Below are positions 1 through 10,428 of a stretch of DNA of 64,000 nt, piece by piece. Source of the DNA: Melioribacteraceae bacterium (GTDB lineage: Bacteria; Bacteroidota; Ignavibacteria; Ignavibacteriales; Melioribacteraceae); the NCBI GenBank assembly GCA_035362835.1, contig DAOSDY010000004.1:113836-177835 (forward strand), in the 5' to 3' direction. Below the pieces are notes generated by a model. The model did not search any database. It had not been told where the DNA came from and saw only the letters and a list, made by a program, of their open reading frames with translations. Made by a program: the position numbers and the translations under genes. Within the stretch, counting starts at the first letter, position 1. Every line of letters begins with the position of its first letter.

Positions 1-84
1 CGGGTAAGACAGATTAAGGAGAAGGCAATTAGAAGATTAAGGCATGCTTCGCGAAGCAAGAATTTAAGAGCTTACCTCGGTTAA
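1..84 (+). CDS. RNA polymerase sigma-70 family factor, C-terminal fragment (5' end outside window)
   Basis: Frame 1 reads RVRQIKEKAIRRLRHASRSKNLRAYLG*. This matches the region 4.2 helix-turn-helix tail typical of RpoD-like sigma factors. Stop codon at 82-84. Confidence 0.7.
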   Translation, partial: RVRQIKEKAIRRLRHASRSKNLRAYLG

Positions 85-90
85 TATTTT

Positions 91-792
91 GTGATGGTTA
101 GATCAATCATAAATTATTGTTTGCAATTCGTTTTGCTTGCTGTTGTAATTAGCGGATGTGCTGCTGCTACCTCCTCACAAAGATTTAATCAATCCAAACC
201 AAAAGCAGAAGAACAGGTTCAGAAAAGGAGTGTTCGTTTCACTTCGGCTGATTCGGTTAATAACGGGAATTATTTACCGGAAATTACTTTCCCGGATATT
301 CCCGATTCCCTTCTTACAGAATTCGATGAAATACCTGTTGAAGTTGAACCTGTGGATAAATCCAAATTCGTTGGCAATGTTGAAAAGTTGAAGTCATTTA
401 ATGTCCCTTTAACTCACCGAGAAAGAATTCTATTTGAAGTGATAAAATATCTGGATACACCCTATAAATATGGTGGAAATACGGAAAACGGGATCGACTG
501 CTCGGCATTTACAAAATTCGTTTATCAGAATGCGGTGAATCTCGAATTGCCCAGAAGCACCCGCGAGCAATTCAAGGTTGGTGAGAATATTTCAAAGTAT
601 GATTTACACTTCGGTGACCTCGTCTATTTCAATACAACTAAAAGATCATATCCTGGGCACGTCGGAATTTATCTCGGGGATGATCAGTTTGTCCATGCCA
701 GCAGGAGTCTGGGCGTTACTGTCTCGTCACTGGAAGACCCATATTATAAAAAGCGGTTCATTGGTGCACGCAGACTTGAAAAAATCGAATAA
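91..792 (+). CDS. NlpC/P60 (C40) peptidoglycan endopeptidase lipoprotein
   Basis: Lipoprotein-like signal (LLAVVISGC). Catalytic motifs GIDCSAF and GHVGIY...HAS are typical of NlpC/P60. Start may be GTG 91 or ATG 94. Confidence 0.85.
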   Translation: MMVRSIINYCLQFVLLAVVISGCAAATSSQRFNQSKPKAEEQVQKRSVRFTSADSVNNGNYLPEITFPDIPDSLLTEFDEIPVEVEPVDKSKFVGNVEKLKSFNVPLTHRERILFEVIKYLDTPYKYGGNTENGIDCSAFTKFVYQNAVNLELPRSTREQFKVGENISKYDLHFGDLVYFNTTKRSYPGHVGIYLGDDQFVHASRSLGVTVSSLEDPYYKKRFIGARRLEKIE

Positions 793-915
793 ATATTTTT
801 TTTAGTGTTAAATAGATATTGTATTACATTTACTTTTTTTAGTCAATCAATTAATTGAAATTAAGACGGCATTGCCTTAATTTATAAATAGTATCACAAA
901 TAATTGGGAGTTTGT

Positions 916-2307
916 ATGGAATTCAGAATTGAAACTGATAGTATGGGGGAAATTAAAGTCCCTGCTGATAAATACTATGGGGCTCAGACTGCACGCTCGT
1001 TAATGAATTTTAAAATTGGCGGTGAAAGATTTCCGCGTGAAATGATAAAAGCTCTTGGAATCGTGAAGAAAGCTGCCGCTATTTCTAATTGCGAACTCGG
1101 TGTATTACCCTGCGAAAAAGCCGAACTTATCATCAAAGCTGCAAACGAGGTGATTGAAGGGAAGCTTGATGATCATTTCCCTCTGGTTGCATGGCAGACC
1201 GGAAGCGGTACTCAATCCAATATGAATTGTAATGAAGTAATCTCCAATAGGGCTATTGAAATGGTTGGCGGTGTTCTGGGGAGTAAAAAACCTATCCATC
1301 CGAATGACGATGTCAATAAGTCTCAGTCTACCAATGATGCTTTCCCGACGGCCATTCACGTGGCTGCCGTTCAAGAAATCCACAGGAGGCTGATTCCTAT
1401 GGTGGCAAGGCTGCGTCATGAATTGATGGTAAAATCCGAACGTTTTAACAGCATAATCAAAATCGGCCGTACCCACCTTATGGATGCTACACCTTTGACA
1501 TTAGGCCAGGTATTCTCCGGATGGGCACACCAGCTTACGAACGGATTGGCAAGTATAAACTGCGCTCTCGCAAGATTATATGAAATACCCTTAGGCGGTA
1601 CCGCGGTTGGTACCGGTCTTAACGCGCATCCGGATTATGCTGTAACCGTTGCTGGAAAAATTGCAGAGATTACAAAACTTCCGTTTGTAACCGCTCCTAA
1701 TAAATTTGAGGCTATGGGTTCAAAAGATGCTCTCGTTGAAATGAGCGGCGTTCTTAAAACACTTGCAACCTCTTTGATCAAGATTGCTAATGATATCCGA
1801 TGGCTCGGCAGCGGCCCCAGATGCGGTATTGGTGAGTTGAATCTGCCTGAAAACGAACCCGGTAGCTCTATTATGCCCGGTAAGGTTAATCCGACTCAGT
1901 GCGAAGCTATGACGATGGTTTGTGCGCAGGTTTATGGTAACGATGTTACTATCAGCTTCTCGGGTGCAAGCGGGCACTTCGAATTAAACGTTTTTATGCC
2001 TGTAATCGCATTTAACATCCTTCAGTCGATTAAACTGATGGCCGATGCCTGCGAAAGCTTTACTGATAACTGTGTAGTCGGTATTGAAGCTAATGAAACG
2101 AATATCAAGAAACATCTCGAAAATTCATTGATGCTTGTTACTGCTCTCAATCCGGTCATCGGGTACGATAACTCCGCAAAGGTTGCAAAGAAAGCTCATA
2201 AAGAAAACAAAACACTTAAAGAAGCTGCAGTTGAACTCGGATTGCTTACAGAAGAGAAATTCGATGAAGTTGTTCGTCCGGAAAAGATGATCGGACCAAA
2301 GAAATAA
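916..2307 (+). CDS. fumC: Class II fumarate hydratase
   Basis: [16 protein letters not shown] signature and full-length fumarase/aspartase architecture. ATG 916 is preceded by GGGAG at 906-910, so the TTG at 904 in the ORF track is probably not the start. Confidence 0.95.
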   Translation: MEFRIETDSMGEIKVPADKYYGAQTARSLMNFKIGGERFPREMIKALGIVKKAAAISNCELGVLPCEKAELIIKAANEVIEGKLDDHFPLVAWQTGSGTQSNMNCNEVISNRAIEMVGGVLGSKKPIHPNDDVNKSQSTNDAFPTAIHVAAVQEIHRRLIPMVARLRHELMVKSERFNSIIKIGRTHLMDATPLTLGQVFSGWAHQLTNGLASINCALARLYEIPLGGTAVGTGLNAHPDYAVTVAGKIAEITKLPFVTAPNKFEAMGSKDALVEMSGVLKTLATSLIKIANDIRWLGSGPRCGIGELNLPENEPGSSIMPGKVNPTQCEAMTMVCAQVYGNDVTISFSGASGHFELNVFMPVIAFNILQSIKLMADACESFTDNCVVGIEANETNIKKHLENSLMLVTALNPVIGYDNSAKVAKKAHKENKTLKEAAVELGLLTEEKFDEVVRPEKMIGPKK

Positions 2308-2326
2308 TGCAGAATTGTCAAATTAT

Positions 2327-2353
2327 CTCCCCCTCTGTCTTAATGAGGGGGAG
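2327..2353 (+). terminator. Hairpin downstream of fumC (possible intrinsic terminator)
   Basis: CTCCCCCTC (2327-2335) pairs perfectly with GAGGGGGAG (2345-2353) around a 9-nt loop. The following U-tract is weak (AGTATTT). Confidence 0.45.
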
Positions 2354-2403
2354 AGTATTTGGGTCGTAAATAAAATTAATAAAATGACTGACTTTTCTTA
2401 CTG

Positions 2404-3138
2404 ATGATCCCTTCAACCACGCTCATATTAATAGTCATTATTGTATTTATTGGCGCATTAATAAGGTCTTCAATCGGATTCGGAGAAGCTGTGGTTGGAA
2501 TGCCCCTGCTTGCGTTTATAATCGACATTAAATCTGCAACCCCGATTATGGCTCTTACTGCCTCTACACTCGCTCTACTGTTAATCATTACATCCTGGAA
2601 AAAAGTAAGTCTTAAAGATGCCTGGCCGTTTGTAATATCAACACTATTTGGGTTACCTTTAGGATTATATTACCTGAAGAACACATCGGATGATGCAATA
2701 AAATTTATTCTGGGGATTTTACTTATTCTATTCGGAATCTACTATCTGGCCAATGATAACCTTCCGTATCTGAAAACTGAAAGAATGTCGGTCCCCTTCG
2801 GTTTTCTTGCCGGGATTCTGGGAGGAGCTTATAATACTAACGGGCCCCCTACAGTAATCTACGGTGTTCTGCGCCGATGGCCTCCGGAAAAATTTCGTGC
2901 TACGCTTCAAGGAATATTTTTTCCTACCGGATTGATAATTACGCTGAGCCATGGTCTTACAGGTTTATGGACAGACTTTGTTCTCAATTCATTTCTGGTC
3001 TCTTTCCCTTTTATTTTACTGGCATTTTATTTAGGTAATAAACTTCATCATAGAATAAATGAAAACCGGTTTAAGAGAATTATTTACATTTTTATTCTTA
3101 TTATTGGAGCAGTATTAATTATTAACTCAATTCTGTAA
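2404..3138 (+). CDS. TSUP family (TauE/SafE-like) anion exporter, membrane protein
   Basis: Polytopic hydrophobic protein of about 244 aa with duplicated 4-TM halves and G-rich motifs (GFGEAVVGMPLL, GILGGAYNTNGPP), typical of TauE/SafE. Confidence 0.8.
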   Translation: MIPSTTLILIVIIVFIGALIRSSIGFGEAVVGMPLLAFIIDIKSATPIMALTASTLALLLIITSWKKVSLKDAWPFVISTLFGLPLGLYYLKNTSDDAIKFILGILLILFGIYYLANDNLPYLKTERMSVPFGFLAGILGGAYNTNGPPTVIYGVLRRWPPEKFRATLQGIFFPTGLIITLSHGLTGLWTDFVLNSFLVSFPFILLAFYLGNKLHHRINENRFKRIIYIFILIIGAVLIINSIL

Positions 3139-3483
3139 ATGAGAAGTTACAGCAGAACTCTTTCCCTTGTATTTGTTTCTATAATAGCCGATTTTATTTT
3201 CAGATTGCTGGTAAAGAACGATCAGGCTTTCGTGTTAATTTTTGAGCTCCTCCTGTTCCTATTTATTTCGTCGCTATTCTTTTATTTAAGGAAGAAAAAC
3301 CCGAATGTCCATAGAAAAGTAAAACGGATGGAACTTGTACTCACTTATTTCTATTTTTTTGGCGCATTACGTGCGTTATTTATTCTGTCTGGCTTGGAAA
3401 TTCATAATGCAAACATGATAGTATTTTTTATTGCAGCCATTGTCTTTATATATCATTTATTCATAAAAAAAGTATCTGTATGA
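3139..3483 (+). CDS. Small hypothetical membrane protein (3-4 predicted TM helices)
   Basis: ORF starts 1 nt after the TSUP stop and overlaps the next gene by 4 nt (ATGA). Strongly hydrophobic segments. No motif recognised. Confidence 0.5.
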   Translation: MRSYSRTLSLVFVSIIADFIFRLLVKNDQAFVLIFELLLFLFISSLFFYLRKKNPNVHRKVKRMELVLTYFYFFGALRALFILSGLEIHNANMIVFFIAAIVFIYHLFIKKVSV

Positions 3484-4457
3484 AGATTAAAGAATTACCT
3501 CGAACAAAGTTAGGGTTCTTCCCGACCCCGTTGCACGAATTGAAAAGAATTACAAGTTATTTCAATGGCCCGAGAATATTTATTAAACGGGACGATCTTA
3601 CCGGACTGGCATTCGGCGGCAACAAAACACGTAAACTTGAATATCTGATTGCCGATGCAATTTCAAACGGATTCGATACCGTAATTACTGGAGGTGCCGA
3701 ACAGTCGAATCACTGCCGTCAGACTGCGGCCGCTGCCGCTGCGTCCGGACTTGATTGTCATCTTGTCCTTGGCGGGAAAGATCCTGAAAAACCTACCGGA
3801 AACATTCTGATCGATAAATTACTCGGCGTTAAAATTCATTGGACAGGTGAATTCAGAAAAGGGGAGAAGATCCCGGAAATAGCTGAGCAATTGAGAATAG
3901 CCGGAAAAAGACCCTACATAATTCCATATGGCGGCTCAAATCCGATCGGTGTTTATGGATTCATTGAAGCAATGAATGAAATAGGTTCTCAGATGAATGA
4001 TATGAATATTCACTTCGATCATATTGTCTTTGCTTCAAGTTCTGGCGGAACTCACGCCGGTATTGTCCTTGGAAATGAAATCTATAAAACCGGAAGCAAC
4101 CTTATAGGAATCGAAATTGATAAAGCGGAAGATGAAGGCCCGTATATTATCCGGCTCCTGAAATTGCTTAATCAAACCAGTGAATTTACCGGACTAAATA
4201 AATTTTTCGGCAAACAGGAGCTTATTCTTAAAAATGAATATCTCGGTGATGGATACGGTGTTGTGGGGGACCTGGAAAGAAAAGCAATAAGATTGCTTGC
4301 CGAGAAGGAGGGAATTCTGGTTGACCCTGTATATACCGGGCGGACATTTGGCGGATTAATTGATATGCTTGAGAAAAAGATCTTCAGCAGGAATGAAAAT
4401 ATCCTCTTCTGGCATTCGGGGGGCACTCCTTCACTTTTTGCTGATTATATTATTTGA
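3480..4457 (+). CDS. PLP-dependent D-cysteine desulfhydrase / ACC deaminase family protein
   Basis: GGNKTRKLEYL lysine motif and overall Trp-synthase-beta-like fold pattern of the DcyD/AcdS family. Confidence 0.85.
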   Translation: MKIKELPRTKLGFFPTPLHELKRITSYFNGPRIFIKRDDLTGLAFGGNKTRKLEYLIADAISNGFDTVITGGAEQSNHCRQTAAAAAASGLDCHLVLGGKDPEKPTGNILIDKLLGVKIHWTGEFRKGEKIPEIAEQLRIAGKRPYIIPYGGSNPIGVYGFIEAMNEIGSQMNDMNIHFDHIVFASSSGGTHAGIVLGNEIYKTGSNLIGIEIDKAEDEGPYIIRLLKLLNQTSEFTGLNKFFGKQELILKNEYLGDGYGVVGDLERKAIRLLAEKEGILVDPVYTGRTFGGLIDMLEKKIFSRNENILFWHSGGTPSLFADYII

Positions 4458-4483
4458 ATGTATTGAAGCAGACGGCTTAGTAC

Positions 4484-4518
4484 AAAAAAAAAGGCGAATC
4501 CCTAAAGGTTCGCCTTTT
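4484..4518. terminator. Bidirectional intrinsic terminator between convergent genes
   Basis: A-run 4484-4492, stem GGCGAA (4493-4498) / TTCGCC (4509-4514), T-run 4515-4518. Lies between the + strand desulfhydrase gene and the - strand M28 peptidase gene. Confidence 0.7.
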
Positions 4519-4533
4519 CGATTTTCAAGAATG

Positions 4534-6336
4534 TCACTTTGTTGTAAGTTCTAAATTTAGCTTTACTTCTTTTCCTTCACGTAATACAATTACATCAACC
4601 TTGTCACCCGGGGAGAATTCACCCATTGCGTACATGAAATCGTAAATGTTATTTACGGTTTTCGCTCCGAATTTTACAATTATGTCTCCGCTTTGCATTC
4701 CGGCTTTAGCAGCCGGCCCGCCCTCGGTAACGCCGCTTACTTTATATCCGTTACCGTTATATCCGAATTCTGGAACGGTCCCGACTGTAACACGGGAGCG
4801 GGGGACACTCCTTTGTGCAGGTTCTTCAACCTTAACAAAATCCGGCTTGTCTGCCCTGCCTTGAATTGTATTTGCGATTTCATAAACGTAATTAACAACT
4901 TCCTCCTGCCCAGTGTAATTAATTTTATCAGCGTCGTCAGATGGTTTGTGATAATCGTTATGAGTACCTGTGAAGAAGAAAAGTACCGGAATATTTTTAT
5001 TTGTAAATGCCTGATGATCACTTCCGCCTGATCCGCCGTCACTTAAAGCTAATTTGAAATTGTATCTATTCTTATCGTTTAGAAGATTTTTCCAAATTGA
5101 AGATGTACCGGCCCCGATTACAGTCAAAGCTTTGTCGTCACTAAGCCTTCCTATCATATCCATATTAAGCATAGCCGAAATGCTGCTGATCTGAACAGGT
5201 GAATTATTCGTAAAAAATGATGAACCGAGCAGCCCCAGTTCTTCTCCGCTGAATGCGATAAAGATCAGACTCCTTTTTAAATCGTTTTTGTCTGCACCAA
5301 ACTTTTCCGCCAGTTCCATGAGACCTGTGGTCCCGGATGCATTATCATCGGCACCGTTGTGGATCTGAGGTTCATTACCTTTATACATTGAAGATGTCTT
5401 CAAATGATCTATTCCAAGGTGATCATAATGAGCACCCATTACTATATACTCATTTTTTAATTGAGGGTCGCTGCCTTCAATAAATCCAATTACATTCCTC
5501 CCGGTGCTTTGAACCTCTCTTACATTTGTTGCTAATGAGGCTTTAGTAGAATTCAATGCAAAGGATTTAGGTTTTCTGGAATCATCAATTTTTTTCTGAA
5601 GTGCGGCAAGATCCTGTCCTTCCGCTTTCAGAATTTCTTCAATTATATTTCTCTTAACCTGAATGACTGCAAAATCCTGTATGCTTCCCGCACCGTCATA
5701 TCTTAATTCCATCAATTGATCTTCATCATTTCTTGGAAGCAAACCGTTAAAGAAAATAATCCCGGCCGCGCCTTTGTCTCTTGCTGCCGATGCTTTTTGT
5801 CTGTATGAAGAATAGCGGTCAAACTCCGATTTTGCGCTATCATGTTCCGGGTGATACCGCATTGCAAGCACCACTTTCCCTTTAACATCAAGCCCCTCAT
5901 AATCGTCGTAATTTAACCTTGGGGCAGAAATTCCGTAACCTGCAAAAACAAGCCCGGAGGAGAGTTCGGCTTTACCGGAAAAAGGAGCAGTAATAAAATC
6001 TGTCTTCAACTGCAGAGATTTATTCTCCCCCTTAATCTCCAGATTTAGCTTATTCGATCCGGTCAATTCTATTTTCTCAATGAACGGGAAATCCTGAAAG
6101 TAACTACCGTTTAACAATGGTTTTAAACCGGATTTCTGAAATTGATCTTTTATATATTCTGCTGCCAATCGTTCTTCATCAGTACCTGTAAACCGGCCTT
6201 TCATTTCGTCAGAGGCCAGGTAATAAATATGAGCTTTTATATCCTTGCCGGTAATTTGGGCGTCATTCCAGGTTTTCTGCGCCAGATTAAGTACAGGGAC
6301 GGTAAATAAGAGCAAAATGCTCAATACTTTTTTCAT
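4534..6336 (-). CDS. Secreted M28 family aminopeptidase with PA domain and C-terminal PDZ domain
   Basis: Signal peptide. M28 zinc motifs (HYDHLG, NGADDNASGT, FSGEELGLLGS). C-terminal PDZ-like GGPAAKAGMQSGDIIVKFG. GAGGA upstream of the ATG. Confidence 0.85.
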   Translation of the reverse strand: MKKVLSILLLFTVPVLNLAQKTWNDAQITGKDIKAHIYYLASDEMKGRFTGTDEERLAAEYIKDQFQKSGLKPLLNGSYFQDFPFIEKIELTGSNKLNLEIKGENKSLQLKTDFITAPFSGKAELSSGLVFAGYGISAPRLNYDDYEGLDVKGKVVLAMRYHPEHDSAKSEFDRYSSYRQKASAARDKGAAGIIFFNGLLPRNDEDQLMELRYDGAGSIQDFAVIQVKRNIIEEILKAEGQDLAALQKKIDDSRKPKSFALNSTKASLATNVREVQSTGRNVIGFIEGSDPQLKNEYIVMGAHYDHLGIDHLKTSSMYKGNEPQIHNGADDNASGTTGLMELAEKFGADKNDLKRSLIFIAFSGEELGLLGSSFFTNNSPVQISSISAMLNMDMIGRLSDDKALTVIGAGTSSIWKNLLNDKNRYNFKLALSDGGSGGSDHQAFTNKNIPVLFFFTGTHNDYHKPSDDADKINYTGQEEVVNYVYEIANTIQGRADKPDFVKVEEPAQRSVPRSRVTVGTVPEFGYNGNGYKVSGVTEGGPAAKAGMQSGDIIVKFGAKTVNNIYDFMYAMGEFSPGDKVDVIVLREGKEVKLNLELTTK

Positions 6337-6528
6337 TTAATCCTCGTAAAATATTATGTGATAGATTTGAGATGCAAAATAATATTATTCCGTTATATGA
6401 ACCAGAAAAAATACTCTTCCCATTATATGCCGGATTGTGTGGTAAAACTTTACCCACAATTATCCAATTTTAAACCTTAATCTTCTTGAAAATTTCAGTA
6501 TCTAAAATGGAGTGAAATTATCGGGATA

Positions 6529-7170
6529 TTAGAGGTAAATGTATTGATCGGTTATTTCGACTTTAAGCTTTGATAAAGACTTTTCTTTGATTTCACGACA
6601 AAATGAGTCCTTAGTTTCAACAGGGATCAGGAATTCCATTCCGGGCAAATCTTCAAAAAAGTTTGAAGTTATTTTAACATTATGCTGCGAAATTAACCGG
6701 TGTATTAGATTGGAGAATTCAAAATCATACCGGATTTTGGCTTTTACATATAGCCCTAGTTCATTTTTAGTACTGGCCTTAATAACCTCAATAGAAGCAT
6801 CGTAATATGCGTTTCCGAGCGGCCCGATCCCCAGCTTAGTCCCCCCGAAATAACGGGTAACAATTATTATCACATTAAACAATTTCTCATGATTTATCGC
6901 GTTCAGTATTCTTTTGCCGGCTGTTCCGTTTGGCTCACCGTCATCGGAATATTTAATCGATCCGTCTGTAATTCTATATGCGTAACAATTATGTGTAGCG
7001 TCAAAATATTTTTTTCTTACTCCTTCCAGTATTACCTGAGCATCATTTTCGTCCTCAGTATGAAATATCTGTCCGATGAATAAGGAACCTTTTTCTTTAA
7101 ATTTGATTTCATAAGATTGTGTTACAGTAGTAATGTGTGAGGGAAGTAATTCCAAATTTTTCCGATCCAA
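6529..7170 (-). CDS. yigZ: YigZ / IMPACT family (UPF0029) protein
   Basis: IKGSLFIG..., HNCYAYRI and DDGEPNGTAGKRIL motifs are typical of the IMPACT N-domain. The start is a TTG without an obvious SD, so the start is uncertain. Confidence 0.8.
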   Translation of the reverse strand: MDRKNLELLPSHITTVTQSYEIKFKEKGSLFIGQIFHTEDENDAQVILEGVRKKYFDATHNCYAYRITDGSIKYSDDGEPNGTAGKRILNAINHEKLFNVIIIVTRYFGGTKLGIGPLGNAYYDASIEVIKASTKNELGLYVKAKIRYDFEFSNLIHRLISQHNVKITSNFFEDLPGMEFLIPVETKDSFCREIKEKSLSKLKVEITDQYIYL

Positions 7171-7231
7171 AATTGATTTTAGTTCTATGATTATCTAAAA
7201 TAACAAACTGAACTTAGGCAAATTTACCAAA

Positions 7232-10072
7232 ATGGACTCTAAAATATTAATCAAAGGTGCAAGAGAGCACAATCTTAAGAATATCGACCTGGAAATCCCC
7301 CGCGATTCATTCGTCGTTATTACGGGTCTTTCAGGTTCCGGTAAATCTTCTCTTGCATTCGATACAATTTATGCAGAGGGTCAGAGAAGGTATATAGAAT
7401 CGCTTTCCTCTTATGCCCGACAATTCCTTAACATACTTGAAAAACCTGATGTGGACCTTATCGAGGGGCTTAGTCCGGCGATCTCAATCGAACAGAAATC
7501 GACCGCAGGAAATCCGAGATCTACTGTTGGAACCGTAACTGAAATATACGATTACCTGCGATTGCTCTATGCGCGAATCGGGAAAGTTCATTGCTACAAC
7601 TGTGGCAGACCGGTTGATAAACAATCCTCCGATCAGATAATAGATACTGTAATTAAAGATTTTGAAGAAAAGAAAATTCAGATTTTTGCCCCGGTTGTAA
7701 GGGGCCGCAAAGGACACTACCGCGAACTCTTCCAGGAAATTATGAGGGACGGATTCCTTAGAGTCCGTATCGATGGCGAAGTGAAAGAACTTATAGACGA
7801 CTTTAAGGTTGACCGTTATAAAACTCATGATATCGAAATAGCTGTAGATAGAATGAAAGTATCTGCAAATTCAAGGTACCGGATCCGTCAGTCGATCGAA
7901 GTTGCACTGAACTATGGTAATGGCAACGTTATTGTAAATGATGAATCGGAGGATTACTGGTTCAGCAGAAATTTTGCCTGTGCTCATTGCGGTATCGGAT
8001 TCCAGGAACTTGCACCTAATTCTTTCTCTTTCAATTCACCTTACGGGTCGTGTCCTGAATGTGACGGACTTGGTGAAAAGAAAGAACTTGATATTAATCT
8101 GATTATCCCCGATTGGGAAAAGACAATAAACGAAGAAGCCCTAGCTCCATTAGGAAAACCGAGAAGCATCTGGTTCTTTAATCAGCTTGATAGTATCTCA
8201 GAAAAATTCGGATTCGACTATAATACACCGCTTAATAAGTTTTCCGACGAACAACTGGAAATTCTTCTAAAAGGTTCGAAAGAAAAGATCCCATTCAAAT
8301 ACACTTACGGCGGCGGTAAAACTGTCACTTATATGCATAAGTTCGGCGGAGTATTAAATTACATTAAACACTATTACGATAATACTTCTTCGAACAAAAT
8401 ACGTGAATGGGCCGAATCTTTTATGAATACCCTTACATGCACTACCTGTAATGGCGGCAGATTAAAAAAAGAGTCCCTCGCTGTAATTATCAACAGTCTT
8501 AATATATCCGGTGTTACTTCTCTTTCAATCGAAAAGTGTCTTAACTTTTTCGATACTCTTAAGCTCAGCGGAAGGGACGAACTGATTGCCACACAGATTC
8601 TTAAAGAGATTACATCCCGCCTCCGTTTTTTAATTAACGTTGGACTCGATTATCTTACACTCGACAGGTCTGCAAGAACTCTATCCGGAGGCGAAGCTCA
8701 GAGAATTCGCCTTGCAACTCAGATCGGCTCGCAGCTGGCTGGAGTTCTCTATGTCCTTGATGAACCGAGCATCGGACTTCATCAGTCCGATAATGTAAAA
8801 CTGATTAAGTCGCTTAAAAATCTTAGAGATATCGGCAATACGGTTATTGTGGTTGAACACGACAGGGAGACAATTGAGAGTTCGGATTATATTGTTGATC
8901 TTGGTCCCCTTGCAGGTGAACATGGCGGTGAAGTATGCGTGCGAGGAAATACATCGGAAATTGTTAAATCCCGCAATGGGATAAATTCTCTTACTCTTCA
9001 ATATCTCAAAGACAAAAAAAGCATAGAAGTCCCTGAAAAGAGAAGAAAAAGTGACGGAAGATTTATTGAATTGAAAGGTGCTTCGGGTAACAATCTTCAG
9101 AAAATTAATCTTAAACTGCCCTTAGGATTATTCACTGCTATAACAGGTGTGAGCGGTTCAGGTAAATCATCCCTCATTAACGAAACTCTTGTTAGAATTT
9201 TATTTAAGAAAATCTATGATTCAAAAGTTGTCCCTCTTCCGTTTAAGGAGGTTAAAGGTCTTGAAAACATCGATAAGATAATCGAAATAGATCAAACTCC
9301 TATCGGAAGAACCCCAAGATCCAACCCGGCCACTTATACCGGATTATTTACACATATCCGCGATCTGTTTGCGCAGTTGCCCGAATCGAAAGTAAGAGGT
9401 TACGCCCCCGGCAGATACAGTTTTAATGTGTCGGGCGGACGGTGCGAAGAATGCGAGGGTGACGGCGTTAAAAAAATTGAAATGAATTTTCTGCCGGATG
9501 TATATGTGATGTGTGAAATATGCAATGGAAAACGCTATAACAGGGAAACTCTCGAAATCCTTTATAGAACCAAATCTATTGCCGATGTACTCGATATGAC
9601 TGTTGAGAGTGCTGTAGAGTTCTTTCAGGATTTCCCTACTATTTATCGTAAAGTTAAATCACTCCAGGATGTTGGTCTTGGTTATCTTCGTCTGGGTCAG
9701 CAGGCAACCACTCTCTCCGGCGGTGAAGCCCAGCGTGTAAAACTTGCTACCGAATTAAGCAAGGTCAGTACCGGCAAAACACTCTATGTTCTGGATGAAC
9801 CTACTACCGGCCTTCATTTTGAGGATGTAAGAATCCTGCTTAATGTACTTAACCAGCTTGTGAATAAGGGTAATACAGTTGTTGTAGTTGAACATAACCT
9901 CGACGTAATTAAAGTTGCGGATCATGTAGTCGATCTCGGACCCGGCGGCGGTGAATATGGCGGTAGGATTATTGCTGCCGGCACTCCGGAACAAATTGCT
10001 GAATCTACGGAAAGTCTTACCGGGCAATTCTTAAAAAAGGAATTATCTCGTAAATTGAAGGAGTCTAAATGA
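7232..10072 (+). CDS. uvrA: Excinuclease ABC subunit A
   Basis: Two ABC ATPase modules ([26 protein letters not shown] twice), zinc-finger cysteines, 946 aa. Confidence 0.97.
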   Translation: MDSKILIKGAREHNLKNIDLEIPRDSFVVITGLSGSGKSSLAFDTIYAEGQRRYIESLSSYARQFLNILEKPDVDLIEGLSPAISIEQKSTAGNPRSTVGTVTEIYDYLRLLYARIGKVHCYNCGRPVDKQSSDQIIDTVIKDFEEKKIQIFAPVVRGRKGHYRELFQEIMRDGFLRVRIDGEVKELIDDFKVDRYKTHDIEIAVDRMKVSANSRYRIRQSIEVALNYGNGNVIVNDESEDYWFSRNFACAHCGIGFQELAPNSFSFNSPYGSCPECDGLGEKKELDINLIIPDWEKTINEEALAPLGKPRSIWFFNQLDSISEKFGFDYNTPLNKFSDEQLEILLKGSKEKIPFKYTYGGGKTVTYMHKFGGVLNYIKHYYDNTSSNKIREWAESFMNTLTCTTCNGGRLKKESLAVIINSLNISGVTSLSIEKCLNFFDTLKLSGRDELIATQILKEITSRLRFLINVGLDYLTLDRSARTLSGGEAQRIRLATQIGSQLAGVLYVLDEPSIGLHQSDNVKLIKSLKNLRDIGNTVIVVEHDRETIESSDYIVDLGPLAGEHGGEVCVRGNTSEIVKSRNGINSLTLQYLKDKKSIEVPEKRRKSDGRFIELKGASGNNLQKINLKLPLGLFTAITGVSGSGKSSLINETLVRILFKKIYDSKVVPLPFKEVKGLENIDKIIEIDQTPIGRTPRSNPATYTGLFTHIRDLFAQLPESKVRGYAPGRYSFNVSGGRCEECEGDGVKKIEMNFLPDVYVMCEICNGKRYNRETLEILYRTKSIADVLDMTVESAVEFFQDFPTIYRKVKSLQDVGLGYLRLGQQATTLSGGEAQRVKLATELSKVSTGKTLYVLDEPTTGLHFEDVRILLNVLNQLVNKGNTVVVVEHNLDVIKVADHVVDLGPGGGEYGGRIIAAGTPEQIAESTESLTGQFLKKELSRKLKESK

Positions 10073-10428
10073 AAACTACTGTAAATGAATTTCATGCGTA
10101 CCGGAGTGAAATGAATGACAGAATTCTGAATTCCGGATTCAGGGATTTCAATAAATTTTTTGCTCTTGATAATAAGGCTTATATTGATGGTGCTCTTTCA
10201 GCAAAAACAAAGGAGCTTATGGGACTCGTTGCATCGATGGTTCTCCGCTGCAATGATTGCATCCTTTATCATATCGACCGTTCTATTCAAGAGGGTGCTT
10301 CCGAACAGGAACTTTATGAATCTTTTAACATTGCTCTTATTGTCGGTGGTTCTATTGTAATCCCGCATCTCCGTTATGCCGTCGAAAAAATGGACGAGAT
10401 ATTCAATGAAAAAAAGAAAAACCAGTAA
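10069..10428 (+). CDS. Carboxymuconolactone decarboxylase (AhpD-like) family protein
   Basis: CNDCILYH equals the C-x2-C-x3-H AhpD-like active-site pattern. ATGA overlap with the uvrA stop. Confidence 0.8.
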   Translation: MKTTVNEFHAYRSEMNDRILNSGFRDFNKFFALDNKAYIDGALSAKTKELMGLVASMVLRCNDCILYHIDRSIQEGASEQELYESFNIALIVGGSIVIPHLRYAVEKMDEIFNEKKKNQ

